A stretch of DNA of 64,000 nt from a virus: the IMG/VR virus record IMGVR_UViG_3300037840_000216, positions 1-64,000 of that record. One strand, written 5' to 3'. The translations under genes were made by a program, and so were the position numbers. Positions 1-7,932 of this stretch are shown in pieces. The notes under the pieces are model-generated. The model did no database searches. It was not told the DNA's origin and saw nothing but the letters and a program-made list of their open reading frames with translations. Numbering within the stretch: the first letter of the stretch is position 1; every line of letters starts with the position of its first letter.

Positions 1-1032
1 GAGGCCCACGAATGGCGGGGTCGTAGAGATGTTGGCCAACTGAGTGTCCGTGGTGACCGTTGCGATCAGAGAGCTTCCTCCGGTACTGAAGGCTGCACTG
101 ATACCGGTTGCGCCGCCGTGAGTGTGAACGCCATTTTTGGTCATCGGTACGGACGCATCAAAGCCCCCCGGTATGCGTTCATTATCGTGGTTGAGACTGG
201 TGATACCTATATACGCCGACTCCAGAAGGTTCTCGTGCCCTTCAAGAGTCAATCCCTGGACGAATGCATTCTGGCGCGAGCGGAGCGTACCGGTTTCGCC
301 GGCATATTCAAATTCGTGATTGTGCAGACCATCCGGCCCGATGACGTGATTGTGACCCGGTACGACGTGAGAATGGTTTAGAGCAGATGCTTCAATGTGG
401 TGCGCGTGCTCCAAATCAACCGATGGTGCTCCACCGGTTTCGCCGATGTGGCTGAGATTGGTACCTCGCAAAAAGCGTTCGCGTGTGTCCGGGATCTTTC
501 CTACAGTGAGCCCCCAGGCGTTCTCGATTTCGTTCCAGCTACGCCCGTCCATGACCTCCCAGAGATCACCCGGCTCTTCTTCCGGGGTAGCTTTGAACCA
601 GAGGAGGACCGTGCCCAATTTCAGGATGTTCGGGTCGAGCTTGTCGATGGTGATCGTCTCGTTGACGATGGTACGATCATCAACCACTTCGTCGTCAAGG
701 TGTTCGTTCTCGACCGCGTGTTCGGCGATGTTTTCCGACTCGACGCCTTTCTTGGCGATCTGAAGATGGCCAACCGCGCGCTGTGCAAGTAGGTAACGCC
801 AAATCGCGCCCGGCTTGATTGCAGAGGTACCGATAGGCAACCCAAGACCCAGCGAAGTCCAGTGTCCGCCGGTTTCTCCTTCCGGGCCTGAGGGTTCAAG
901 CGGTTCGCTAAGGCCGCCTTCGTGATCATGCACGTCGATGCGAACAAAGTTGTTCGCAAGCTCCGAGTGTTCGAAGTCGTCTTCCTCGCTGTCCCAAACG
1001 GTGAGCCCAAGGTTACTCGTTACGATGCTCAT
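1..1032 (-). CDS. Putative tail fibre/virion appendage protein (partial, runs off left edge)
   Basis: ATG at 1032 overlaps the upstream TGA (ATGA). Translates MSIVTSNLGLTVWDSEEDDFEHSELANNFVRIDVHDHEGG; the same frame is open at the window edge. Not in the ORF track because no stop lies in the window. Confidence 0.65.
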   Translation of the reverse strand, partial: MSIVTSNLGLTVWDSEEDDFEHSELANNFVRIDVHDHEGGLSEPLEPSGPEGETGGHWTSLGLGLPIGTSAIKPGAIWRYLLAQRAVGHLQIAKKGVESENIAEHAVENEHLDDEVVDDRTIVNETITIDKLDPNILKLGTVLLWFKATPEEEPGDLWEVMDGRSWNEIENAWGLTVGKIPDTRERFLRGTNLSHIGETGGAPSVDLEHAHHIEASALNHSHVVPGHNHVIGPDGLHNHEFEYAGETGTLRSRQNAFVQGLTLEGHENLLESAYIGITSLNHDNERIPGGFDASVPMTKNGVHTHGGATGISAAFSTGGSSLIATVTTDTQLANISTTPPFVGL

Positions 1033-1583
1033 CCGATCCTCCAGATCGAGAGGCGTCCGTGGGAGAATTTGACCGTAGCCGCTTCGTTGATAGCGCAGCC
1101 GATAGTAAGTTCGTCGCCCTCTTGGAGTTCGATGCGCGCGAAGTTGGTCGCCTTGAGATGCGATCCCGCCAAGGGGAACCGCACATCGAACAGTGGTGGG
1201 ATCGCTGCCGCAGAGCCGTTGACCCGGAGGGTCCCTTCGATATTGGGATGTTCGATCGTGGCTTCCGCGCGCAACTGGAGCCCGACCTCGTAGAAACCGG
1301 TCGCCGGAACGGTCAGTTTGGGTCCGCCCGCGAGGACTTTTTCTTCGCCCGCTTCAAGCGTGAGTTCACCACCTTCCGCCGAGTATTCAGGAAAGACCGA
1401 TGATGCGATCAGCGGGAATGAAACGGCTTCGTTCGCGATCCCCTCAGTGGGGATCAGCACGCCACGTCCGGGCGAATGGTCGTGTGCATCAACCTTGGCC
1501 CAGTTGTCCGCTAGCTGTTCGTGGTCGTAGGGATCGAGGAGAAGGTTCCACACCCTAAGGCTCATCTTGGCACTCGTTCGCAT
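1029..1583 (-). CDS. Putative virion fibre protein with C1q/TNF-like beta-sandwich C-terminus
   Basis: N-terminal VW..DPYDHEQLADNWAKVDAHDH motif shared with the downstream gene; C-terminal 'TVPATGFYEV...IELQEGDELTI' pattern. Confidence 0.55.
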   Translation of the reverse strand: MRTSAKMSLRVWNLLLDPYDHEQLADNWAKVDAHDHSPGRGVLIPTEGIANEAVSFPLIASSVFPEYSAEGGELTLEAGEEKVLAGGPKLTVPATGFYEVGLQLRAEATIEHPNIEGTLRVNGSAAAIPPLFDVRFPLAGSHLKATNFARIELQEGDELTIGCAINEAATVKFSHGRLSIWRIG

Positions 1584-1614
1584 CTCACTGGTTATAGGTC
1601 GCGAACTCGCTTAT

Positions 1615-1642
1615 GAAAAAACCCCCGCCGAAACGAGGGTCT
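1615..1642 (-). terminator. Intrinsic terminator after holin
   Basis: Minus strand GACCCTCG-TTTCGG-CGGGGGTT hairpin followed by T run. Confidence 0.6.
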
Positions 1643-1668
1643 TCTCTACTGCGCTACGTGGGAGCGCG

Positions 1669-1923
1669 TTATGCGCTTGGTGTGTTGCTAGAGGTGAACT
1701 TGTCGATCACTGATGCAACTACACCTACCCCAGCCACGATAGCGACCAGCGTTGTGCTGGTAATGCCGGTACCGGGGATAAGGGTCAGCACGAATGCTGC
1801 AACCGCTGCGGCGACAGTCGGGTTCTCCAGTTTCGTGAGATCCACGAGGACTTCATGAAGGGAGATTGCCGTCTTCTTGACGGTCGCTGTCACGGCTCCG
1901 GCGGCTGCTGTAACTGTGCTCAT
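1669..1923 (-). CDS. Putative holin
   Basis: 84 aa, two hydrophobic segments, AGGAGG RBS, directly downstream of endolysin. Confidence 0.6.
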   Translation of the reverse strand: MSTVTAAAGAVTATVKKTAISLHEVLVDLTKLENPTVAAAVAAFVLTLIPGTGITSTTLVAIVAGVGVVASVIDKFTSSNTPSA

Positions 1924-1969
1924 GTTCTTTCCTCCTATCGATAGAATGCTGCACGCTTAGTATAGCACG

Positions 1970-2731
1970 CTAAAGCAAGTAAGGTTCGCAGAGCGATACA
2001 TCATATATTTCGGCATGATCTTCATACTGCGTAGCATCAGAACCCGGCTCGATATGAGGCACACCCGTATAGTGAGCCGTCCACACCCTGTATTCTGAAC
2101 GTCGAATATCGTCTTTTGTAAGAGCATCAATAACTTGTGGCATTGTGCTTGTATTTGCGTATACCCAAGGAGTTTTCTCACCGCGCGCATGCTGTTTGCG
2201 CACCCAGGCCGGGGCTTCCGCAGGAGTTGCATTTCCTGTCTCTATGTCGAGCGCGTCTGCATCGGTCTGCGCATCTATTGAGATTGACAAAGCTTTAGCA
2301 TGCGGAAACCGCATAACGAGATCATCAAAAGTAGTAAATATACCGTTGACATAGCCGGCCACGGCTACCGCGTCATCCGGGATATGAGCTACCACAGTCG
2401 AGTCATACATCGTGAAGCGCTCAGGGGGCTTAGGAGCAGGCTTGGGCGGCGTTGGCGCTGGTTTGGGTGGCGCAGGAGGTACCGGGACATGTTTGGGCGG
2501 CGGGGAGGGCTTAGGGGACGGTTTCGCGGCTTCCAACTGTACCAATTCGCGTCTGCGTCGTGCATTGAGTGATTCTAGCCCGCGCAAACGGATCTTGAGC
2601 AAGACTATCTTTGTGCGCCAGCCGACAGGATGTTTGGCCTCAAGCTCATCAATCTGTTTACTTAGTTCGATGCCGTGCTGATGCGTCTCGTTGATCAACA
2701 CCTTTAGCTCATTGATTGTGACAGCCATCAA
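1970..2731 (-). CDS. Putative endolysin (GH25/DUF1906-like TIM-barrel) with N-terminal coiled coil and Pro-rich linker
   Basis: MYDS..VAGYVNG..LDIETG..WVYAN..VWTAHYTG..ATQY..YDVS motifs. Confidence 0.7.
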   Translation of the reverse strand: MMAVTINELKVLINETHQHGIELSKQIDELEAKHPVGWRTKIVLLKIRLRGLESLNARRRRELVQLEAAKPSPKPSPPPKHVPVPPAPPKPAPTPPKPAPKPPERFTMYDSTVVAHIPDDAVAVAGYVNGIFTTFDDLVMRFPHAKALSISIDAQTDADALDIETGNATPAEAPAWVRKQHARGEKTPWVYANTSTMPQVIDALTKDDIRRSEYRVWTAHYTGVPHIEPGSDATQYEDHAEIYDVSLCEPYLL

Positions 2732-2903
2732 TTACTTCCTCGTGATCGCATGACAGCGTCCGCAGATATCGAAACGAGCGTCATAGGAGTACCAACGATG
2801 TCCAAACAATCGGCAAATGAGCTTGTACATTTGGTAGAATCGACTTCCATGATGTCTCTACACATTATGGATAAGAAGTCGCGCCCGGAAAAGTATCGAA
2901 CAA

Positions 2904-2972
2904 TCGCAACGAGTGGAGTCGAACCACCATCTAGCCGATATGAGCGGCTTTGCCATCCGTAGGCTCGCTGCG
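2904..2972 (-). tRNA. tRNA-Met/Ile2 (CAT), compact D-arm
   Basis: CGCAGCG/CGTTGCG acceptor, AGCCG-CTCATAT-CGGCT, GGTGG-TTCGACT-CCACT. Confidence 0.7.
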
Positions 2973-3117
2973 TGGCTTTCGCGTACCGCTTGCACGGGAT
3001 AACCGCTACTCGTGTAATGCAAACATCAAGTCGTTCCCTGATCCGGGGTGCGACGACTTGCAAGGATGCTGCAAGTTAGGTTCTACCTGCTCTCTTGTGA
3101 AGAGTGTAGCTACCTGA

Positions 3118-3188
3118 AGCGAATAGTCGGAATCGAACCGACATCAGAACCTTGGAAGAGTCCTGTCATACCATTAGACCATACTCGC
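3118..3188 (-). tRNA. tRNA-Gly (TCC)
   Basis: Canonical cloverleaf, loop CTTCCAA. Confidence 0.9.
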
Positions 3189-3195
3189 AAAATTA

Positions 3196-3678
3196 CTACC
3201 GATTACGTCTAGACCAACGAGGCGGCAGTCTGAGCCGACGCCCGTAGGGCTCGGTGTACTGATACAGCCATTCGGCTGTCTGCCGCGTGGTCCCCTCAAG
3301 CGTTTGCTGAACCCGAGGGTTCTCCTTGTACAGCTTGAAGGTTTCGAATGTCACCTGCGTATGAAGATCGTCACGATCGACTACTGCGACGCCTAGCGCC
3401 GTCATCGACAGCGGGCGAATCTCTGTCCGACCCTCGTCAATAATGAGCTTGGTCTTGAATCCTCGCTCCTCGATGTATTTCTGGATCGTAATCAGATGAA
3501 CTTCGTCCTCTGCAAGCATTACAAGCTTGCAGTAGTGCAAACCTATCCTCCATTGCTCGACCGCCTTTGGATCGCTAATTAGATAAGCCTCTACCGCTGC
3601 ATGAGCAACCTGCGCAGACGCCTTTCCCGTACTCATACCCAAAGAACGATTCAAGAACAAATACATTGCAGGTCTCAT
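3196..3678 (-). CDS. pth2: Peptidyl-tRNA hydrolase type 2
   Basis: MSTGKASAQVAHAA, KLV, IIDEGRTEI..TALG signature motifs. Confidence 0.9.
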   Translation of the reverse strand: MRPAMYLFLNRSLGMSTGKASAQVAHAAVEAYLISDPKAVEQWRIGLHYCKLVMLAEDEVHLITIQKYIEERGFKTKLIIDEGRTEIRPLSMTALGVAVVDRDDLHTQVTFETFKLYKENPRVQQTLEGTTRQTAEWLYQYTEPYGRRLRLPPRWSRRNR

Positions 3679-3808
3679 AAACCTATCATTCCTATCTCTT
3701 CATGGCAGGCCATATCGCCTTCAGTATAACATAGTGCGCCGGCCCGGTTTGACCCAGACCCGCGCAAGGTAGCTCCAAATACAGGGCGCTACACCCAAGT
3801 TGGAGCTA

Positions 3809-3882
3809 AGCCTGCTCAGAGAATCGAACTCTGTCTAGTCTGGGTTACAAATCCAGTGCAGCACCATTTCTGCATAGCAGGC
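3809..3882 (-). tRNA. tRNA-Thr (TGT)
   Basis: Cloverleaf, loop TTTGTAA, G1-C72/C2-G71. Confidence 0.85.
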
Positions 3883-3887
3883 ACATT

Positions 3888-4149
3888 TTCAATTGCCCGT
3901 AAGCCGGGTTCTGTTTTAGCCGATCATCCATCTCAGGCTATACGCCTGGTCCCCACTTTACTAGGGACTGCCCTCTACCTGGACCGGCCGCGAGGGTCGA
4001 TCGCGCTTGAGGTTACACTCCGTCTCCGCAATGAGGTTCAGATGCCTTAGCTCCCTCCGTTGCATCAATATCTATGAGCATGTCGCCATGCCCGGAGTGG
4101 CCGGACTTTCCTCGTTGGGTTCGGCCAACGCGATCAGCCAGCAATTGAA
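3888..4149 (-). ncRNA. rnpB: RNase P RNA (minimal, ~262 nt)
   Basis: P1 TTCAATTGC/GCAATTGAA, P2 GCTGATC/GATCGGC, CR-I GAGGAAAGTCCGG, CR-IV GAGATGGATG, CR-V ACAGAACCCGGCTTA. Confidence 0.92.
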
Positions 4150-4150
4150 G

Positions 4151-4222
4151 AGCGGGATAGGGTAATCGAAACCCTGTCTGCTGATTGGCAACCAGCCGTA
4201 ATAGCCGTTATACTAATCCCGC
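4151..4222 (-). tRNA. tRNA-Gly (GCC)
   Basis: Cloverleaf, loop TTGCCAA. Confidence 0.9.
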
Positions 4223-4226
4223 AAAG

Positions 4227-4296
4227 AGCCCCGTGAGGAAGTCGAATCCTCGCAAGCAAGCTTCGAAGGCTCGCCGCCAAATCCGTTGGACAGGGC
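4227..4296 (-). tRNA. tRNA-Arg (TCG), non-canonical compact fold
   Basis: 7-bp acceptor, CCAA-CGGAT-TTGG D-arm, 6-bp anticodon stem, loop CTTCGAA. Confidence 0.75.
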
Positions 4297-4387
4297 AAAA
4301 CGAAAGCGGAGTTGATTAGAGCGTTCGGCCCGAACATTCTCTCCACGGCAGTCGGGCCACGCGATGTCGCTACCATATTTCGTTTCG

Positions 4388-4474
4388 TTGCGTTCTGTGG
4401 ATCGCGGCCACATCTCCCCGCCAAAATGCAGGGGCTCTATTCGGTTGCACCCAAGCATTTGAGCTAAGAACGCA
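4388..4474 (-). ncRNA. tRNA-like RNA with expanded D-loop and non-canonical T-loop
   Basis: TGCGTTCT/AGAACGCA stem, TAGCTC..GAGC D stem, T-arm GTGG-CCGCGAT-CCAC. Confidence 0.5.
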
Positions 4475-4475
4475 G

Positions 4476-4548
4476 TGGATCGCCTGGGACTCGAACCCAG
4501 ATCGTTCGGCTTAAGAGGCCGACATCTATCCAGTTGAATTAACGATCC
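4476..4548 (-). tRNA. tRNA-Lys (CTT)
   Basis: Cloverleaf, loop CTCTTAA. Confidence 0.9.
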
Positions 4549-4656
4549 ATAGTTTGTAGAGACTTCCTATCCATCACACTCTACCGTACACGGGCGTCAC
4601 CCCGCTCCCTAACGACAACACCTCACCTGGTACCACCAGGCGATCGTTTGTCTTAG

Positions 4657-4729
4657 TCTCCAATGTGGGACTCGAACCCACGACCTCTCGGTTCGCAACC
4701 GAGCGCTCTATCCGCTGAGCTAAAAGGAG
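4657..4729 (-). tRNA. tRNA-Arg (GCG)
   Basis: CTCGG-TTGCGAA-CCGAG; two T-T mismatches in acceptor stem. Confidence 0.75.
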
Positions 4730-4784
4730 TTGAAGAGTGACTATTCATCGCGGCCGCTCACCGCTGTTTCTGGCCGGAACCAGA

Positions 4785-5390
4785 TCATCTTGAAAACTTG
4801 CCTTCTTGCCAATCGTTCAAGAGCGTATACTCATACGAACTTGGATCACCACCAAGAACCAAGTCAAAAAGAACTGGGCGTACTTCTTTCAAGCTTTCGA
4901 TCAGGTGGTCTGCAATATTACACTCCGCATCTGTGAGATACGGAGCAATCGATTTATCGTCCTGGCCATCTCGGAGATGCAGCGTCCTGTGCCAGCCGGT
5001 ACAGGCCGGGATCGTGCAGTAGGACCTGGGAGCATAATTGATGTAATCTGGAAGCTCCAGCATCAACCATCTCGGCACGAAGTGGTGCCGCGTGATAGCA
5101 CCCTCACAGTCTGCCGAGTCCTCGTGGTAGCGACAGGCCAACGGACGCTGCGTGCTGAGAGCGCGAGCCTTCTTCTGCTCGATGATCTCATGAGGGATCA
5201 GCCCACTGTTATGGTTGAGCCGGTAGAGGACGGCGCGGGTGGAGAGGCGTTCATCGAGAAGATCATCGATATCCGCATCCTCCATTTCTGCGAGGACTTC
5301 TAGCTGCTCAACCGTTGCTTCTGAGTCGTAGGCATCAAACCAAAAGACCTCGCCAGTGAGGGGCTGGGTCCAATCTCGTGCTCGCGACAT
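4785..5390 (-). CDS. HNH-like endonuclease domain protein
   Basis: C..C..TRHHFVPR..CTIPACTGWHRTLH; start taken at MSRARDW (5390). Confidence 0.55.
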   Translation of the reverse strand: MSRARDWTQPLTGEVFWFDAYDSEATVEQLEVLAEMEDADIDDLLDERLSTRAVLYRLNHNSGLIPHEIIEQKKARALSTQRPLACRYHEDSADCEGAITRHHFVPRWLMLELPDYINYAPRSYCTIPACTGWHRTLHLRDGQDDKSIAPYLTDAECNIADHLIESLKEVRPVLFDLVLGGDPSSYEYTLLNDWQEGKFSR

Positions 5391-5574
5391 ACAAATAGTA
5401 TACACTACTTTGAGGTAGCCCGTGTGGGATTCGAACGAGTTAGAGAAGCTCGTATCGATGGTAACGTCCATCTCTCTTAACCTCGAAATGACGATACGTG
5501 TCATCGACATCTCTCGTAAGAATCAGGCAACCACCATCTCCGTAGACTTCTCTAACTCGTCAAATCTGACGAAG

Positions 5575-5646
5575 TAGCCCGATGGGTAATCGAAACCCAA
5601 TCTCCTGCATGAGGGGCAGGTATCCTAGCCGTTAGACGACCGGGCC
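5575..5646 (-). tRNA. tRNA-Glu (CTC)
   Basis: Cloverleaf, loop CCCTCAT. Confidence 0.85.
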
Positions 5647-5729
5647 ATATACGCCGAAAGCTCTCCACTCCTGGGCTTACCCTTAATGTTAGTCGCGAGG
5701 CAGGATTCGAACCTGCGCTCTTCGGCTAG

Positions 5730-5805
5730 TACTCCCGCCAGGAATCGAACCTGGGTGTACCGACTACCCTTTCTACTGGATATAAGCCAGAGGGGATACG
5801 GGAGC
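5730..5805 (-). tRNA. tRNA-Ile (TAT)-like with rearranged topology
   Basis: GCTCCCG/CGGGAGT acceptor, CTGG-CTTATAT-CCAG, canonical T-arm, no D-arm at the usual position. Confidence 0.6.
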
Positions 5806-5941
5806 ATGGTCCCTCCGAAGAGGGACGGACTCTACATGGTAGAGCCAACTGCTTGACAGCTTGTGCTGAGCAGTTTAGGAGTGTGTTCGGTGAACGTCTT
5901 ACCACCAAAGGTTGATTCTCGGCTGGCACTACTTGAGTAGG

Positions 5942-6229
5942 TTATTTCCAGTGAGCGTTTGATTCCAGTGAGCGTCTGAATGGTTTCTGGTTCCATTCTT
6001 CCCAGTACCACGGATACACATACGGTCTTGGTGGGGGCACCGGGTGGGGGCATGGATAGGGCTGAGGGACCGTGATCGGTCGTTTTGCGAACTCTGCCTT
6101 CAGTAGGCGGATACAGTCGTCCGTCGTCGGCTCCTTGCCGTGGTCACTCCAGGAGAGTCCACAGACGGAGCAAATCGTCGTAACGGCGACTGGCTCAGGC
6201 GTATTTACGGCTTTCTTGCGTGCGGCCAT
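5942..6229 (-). CDS. Hypothetical protein (CxxC, Pro-rich)
   Basis: 95-aa ORF overlapping the end of the upstream HTH gene. Confidence 0.55.
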   Translation of the reverse strand: MAARKKAVNTPEPVAVTTICSVCGLSWSDHGKEPTTDDCIRLLKAEFAKRPITVPQPYPCPHPVPPPRPYVYPWYWEEWNQKPFRRSLESNAHWK

Positions 6230-6464
6230 GATTGTCTACAGAGAGGCCCGAAGGCATTTCACCGCGATTGACACGTTTTTCAGTCATACCGCCCCAAACA
6301 TGCCCGCGTGCAGAATCGAGTGTTTTACCCGCTAACGTAGTAGACATATTGAGCATCTGACCTATCTGCGGAACCGTGTTGCCCTCGAAGTACAACTTGA
6401 AGGCATCGTATTCCGTCGCGTTGAGACAGTACACAGTTTCTATGTCTTGCCTCCCCATTTTCAT
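6195..6464 (-). CDS. HTH DNA-binding protein (LuxR/sigma-region-4-like)
   Basis: AAGGAGG RBS; LNATEYDAFKLYFEGNTVPQIGQMLNMS pattern. Confidence 0.65.
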   Translation of the reverse strand: MKMGRQDIETVYCLNATEYDAFKLYFEGNTVPQIGQMLNMSTTLAGKTLDSARGHVWGGMTEKRVNRGEMPSGLSVDNHGRTQESRKYA

Positions 6465-6498
6465 CCTCCTTTAGGATGTTGTTGGTTTGGTGATGCAG

Positions 6499-6571
6499 GG
6501 TGACCGACCGGATTCGAACCGGCATGGCGAGGTTCACAACCTCGAATCCTAACCGTTGGATGACGGCCACC
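6499..6571 (-). tRNA. tRNA-His (GTG)
   Basis: Cloverleaf with G-1, loop TTGTGAA. Confidence 0.9.
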
Positions 6572-6723
6572 ATGTTGCCCTGACGCCCTGACGGACGCCG
6601 AAATGCGGGCCACACCGACGAAACCCTACACAGCTAGCCCTTACTTGTCCGCCCGAGAGCGTAGTACAGTGGTGGGTTCACAGCCTGGCTGGACAGGCTC
6701 CAGCGTCTAGCCGCGTAGGGCGA

Positions 6724-6794
6724 CTGGGGATCAGGGATTCGAACCCCGATTGAGAGCTTCAAAGGCTCCGGTCTTGCCATTAGACGAATCCCCA
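6724..6794 (-). tRNA. tRNA-Gln (TTG)
   Basis: Cloverleaf, loop CTTTGAA. Confidence 0.9.
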
Positions 6795-6899
6795 ATGTTG
6801 ATGACCTTGCTCCCTCTAAGTGCGAGAACTCGGTCCTTCCCGTGACCCCGTGGCCTACGGGCAGGAAGGGGCGACGACGCCTTGGTCATCAAAGGCTAG

Positions 6900-6972
6900 C
6901 TGCGGGACAGGGCTTCGAACCCCGATCCCCGGCTTCAGAGGCCGGTCACTTGCCAATTAGTAAGATCCCGCA
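6900..6972 (-). tRNA. tRNA-Gln (CTG)
   Basis: Cloverleaf, loop CTCTGAA. Confidence 0.88.
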
Positions 6973-7019
6973 AAGGGTGCCACTTATCCGAGTGGCTTTA
7001 CTACTGTTGCTTTATAGCA

Positions 7020-7091
7020 TAGCGGACCCAAGAATTGAACTTGGCTCTCCTGGTTATGGGCCAGGAATGGTCACCAGACCACTTGACCGCG
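7020..7091 (-). tRNA. tRNA-Met (CAT), initiator-like
   Basis: Loop CCCATAA, unpaired C1:72. Confidence 0.8.
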
Positions 7092-7094
7092 CCG

Positions 7095-7433
7095 TTATTT
7101 GCGACTGTACGTGCGAATCGCATGACAATTCGCACAAACTACTTCACACTTCTTGATCTCTGCTTCGACTGTCTTGAGCCCCAGGCTTCGCCTGATCCCA
7201 TCAGCCACATTGAATGACTTTTGACCACGTACATGGTCAAACTGGAGAACAACCCAATTATCATTTCCACAGTCCGCACAAGAATGTGCTTCCTTGTATG
7301 CACGAACATGATTCCGCAAACGTTCTCGATTGGCGTCTGTATATACACGAGCCCGAGCCTTTACGGCGTCGCTATTTTTGCCATAGTGCTTGCGACCAGA
7401 TGCAGCCTTCTGTTCCTTTGTCTGTGCCATCAT
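7095..7433 (-). CDS. HNH endonuclease
   Basis: CADCG..LQFDHV..K..N..EIKKCEVVCANCH. Confidence 0.85.
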   Translation of the reverse strand: MMAQTKEQKAASGRKHYGKNSDAVKARARVYTDANRERLRNHVRAYKEAHSCADCGNDNWVVLQFDHVRGQKSFNVADGIRRSLGLKTVEAEIKKCEVVCANCHAIRTYSRK

Positions 7434-7463
7434 CCATTATTGTAACGGATAACCACGTTTTGA

Positions 7464-7502
7464 GGTTATGGGCCAACCGAGCTACCAATGCTCCACTCCG
7501 CG
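7464..7502 (-). pseudogene. 5' half of a tRNA-Met (CAT)
   Basis: CGCGGAG-TGGAGCATTGGTAGCTC-GGTTGGCCCATAACC, then no T-arm or 3' acceptor strand. Confidence 0.7.
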
Positions 7503-7642
7503 TCGTTATAAAGAGTACGTATGATATGGCAGTTAGCACAAACAACATCACACTTTGCAATACCACTTGACCGCACGGTGGCGCATCACTTCTGATACGT
7601 TATGGCCGAAAACGGTCTTTATGCATCATTTCTTATGCAGAG

Positions 7643-7725
7643 TACTCCCCCTCGGATTCGAACCGAGATGCCCTTTCGGGCGGCAGTTCTTGAAACTGCT
7701 ATGTCTACCATTCCATCAGGGAAGC
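7643..7725 (-). tRNA. tRNA-Leu (CAA)
   Basis: Type II cloverleaf. Confidence 0.9.
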
Positions 7726-7730
7726 ATGTT

Positions 7731-7764
7731 TATGATAATGCCTCATACACGCGAGGCAAATTTT
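7731..7764 (-). promoter_or_regulatory. Sigma-A-like promoter (TTGCCT-N16-TATCAT); second copy at 16295-16329
   Basis: 21-nt identical repeat placed just upstream of two tRNA-Leu genes. Confidence 0.55.
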
Positions 7765-7785
7765 TCCGCGACGGTACTTTCGTCA

Positions 7786-7858
7786 TAGGAATGCGGGGAG
7801 TCGAACCCCGATTACCTCCGTATCAGAGAGGCGTAATTGACCGTTATACTACACTCCA
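7786..7858 (-). tRNA. tRNA-Ile (GAT)
   Basis: Loop CTGATAC; 1:72 mismatch. Confidence 0.8.
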
Positions 7859-7859
7859 G

Positions 7860-7932
7860 TGGAACCAGGAGGAGTCGAACCCCCGTACTCCGGGCTTCAA
7901 CCGGATGCTCTGACCGACTGAGCTATAGTTCC
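7860..7932 (-). tRNA. tRNA-Phe (GAA)
   Basis: Canonical cloverleaf. Confidence 0.92.

Noticed and set aside
6580-6630. Hammerhead ribozyme (CTGACG..GAAA)
   Set aside because: Core reads CTGACGG, not CTGANGA, and the stems do not assemble.
7095-7463. Group I intron in tRNA-Met
   Set aside because: The downstream tRNA is complete rather than a 3' exon, and no intron core was seen.
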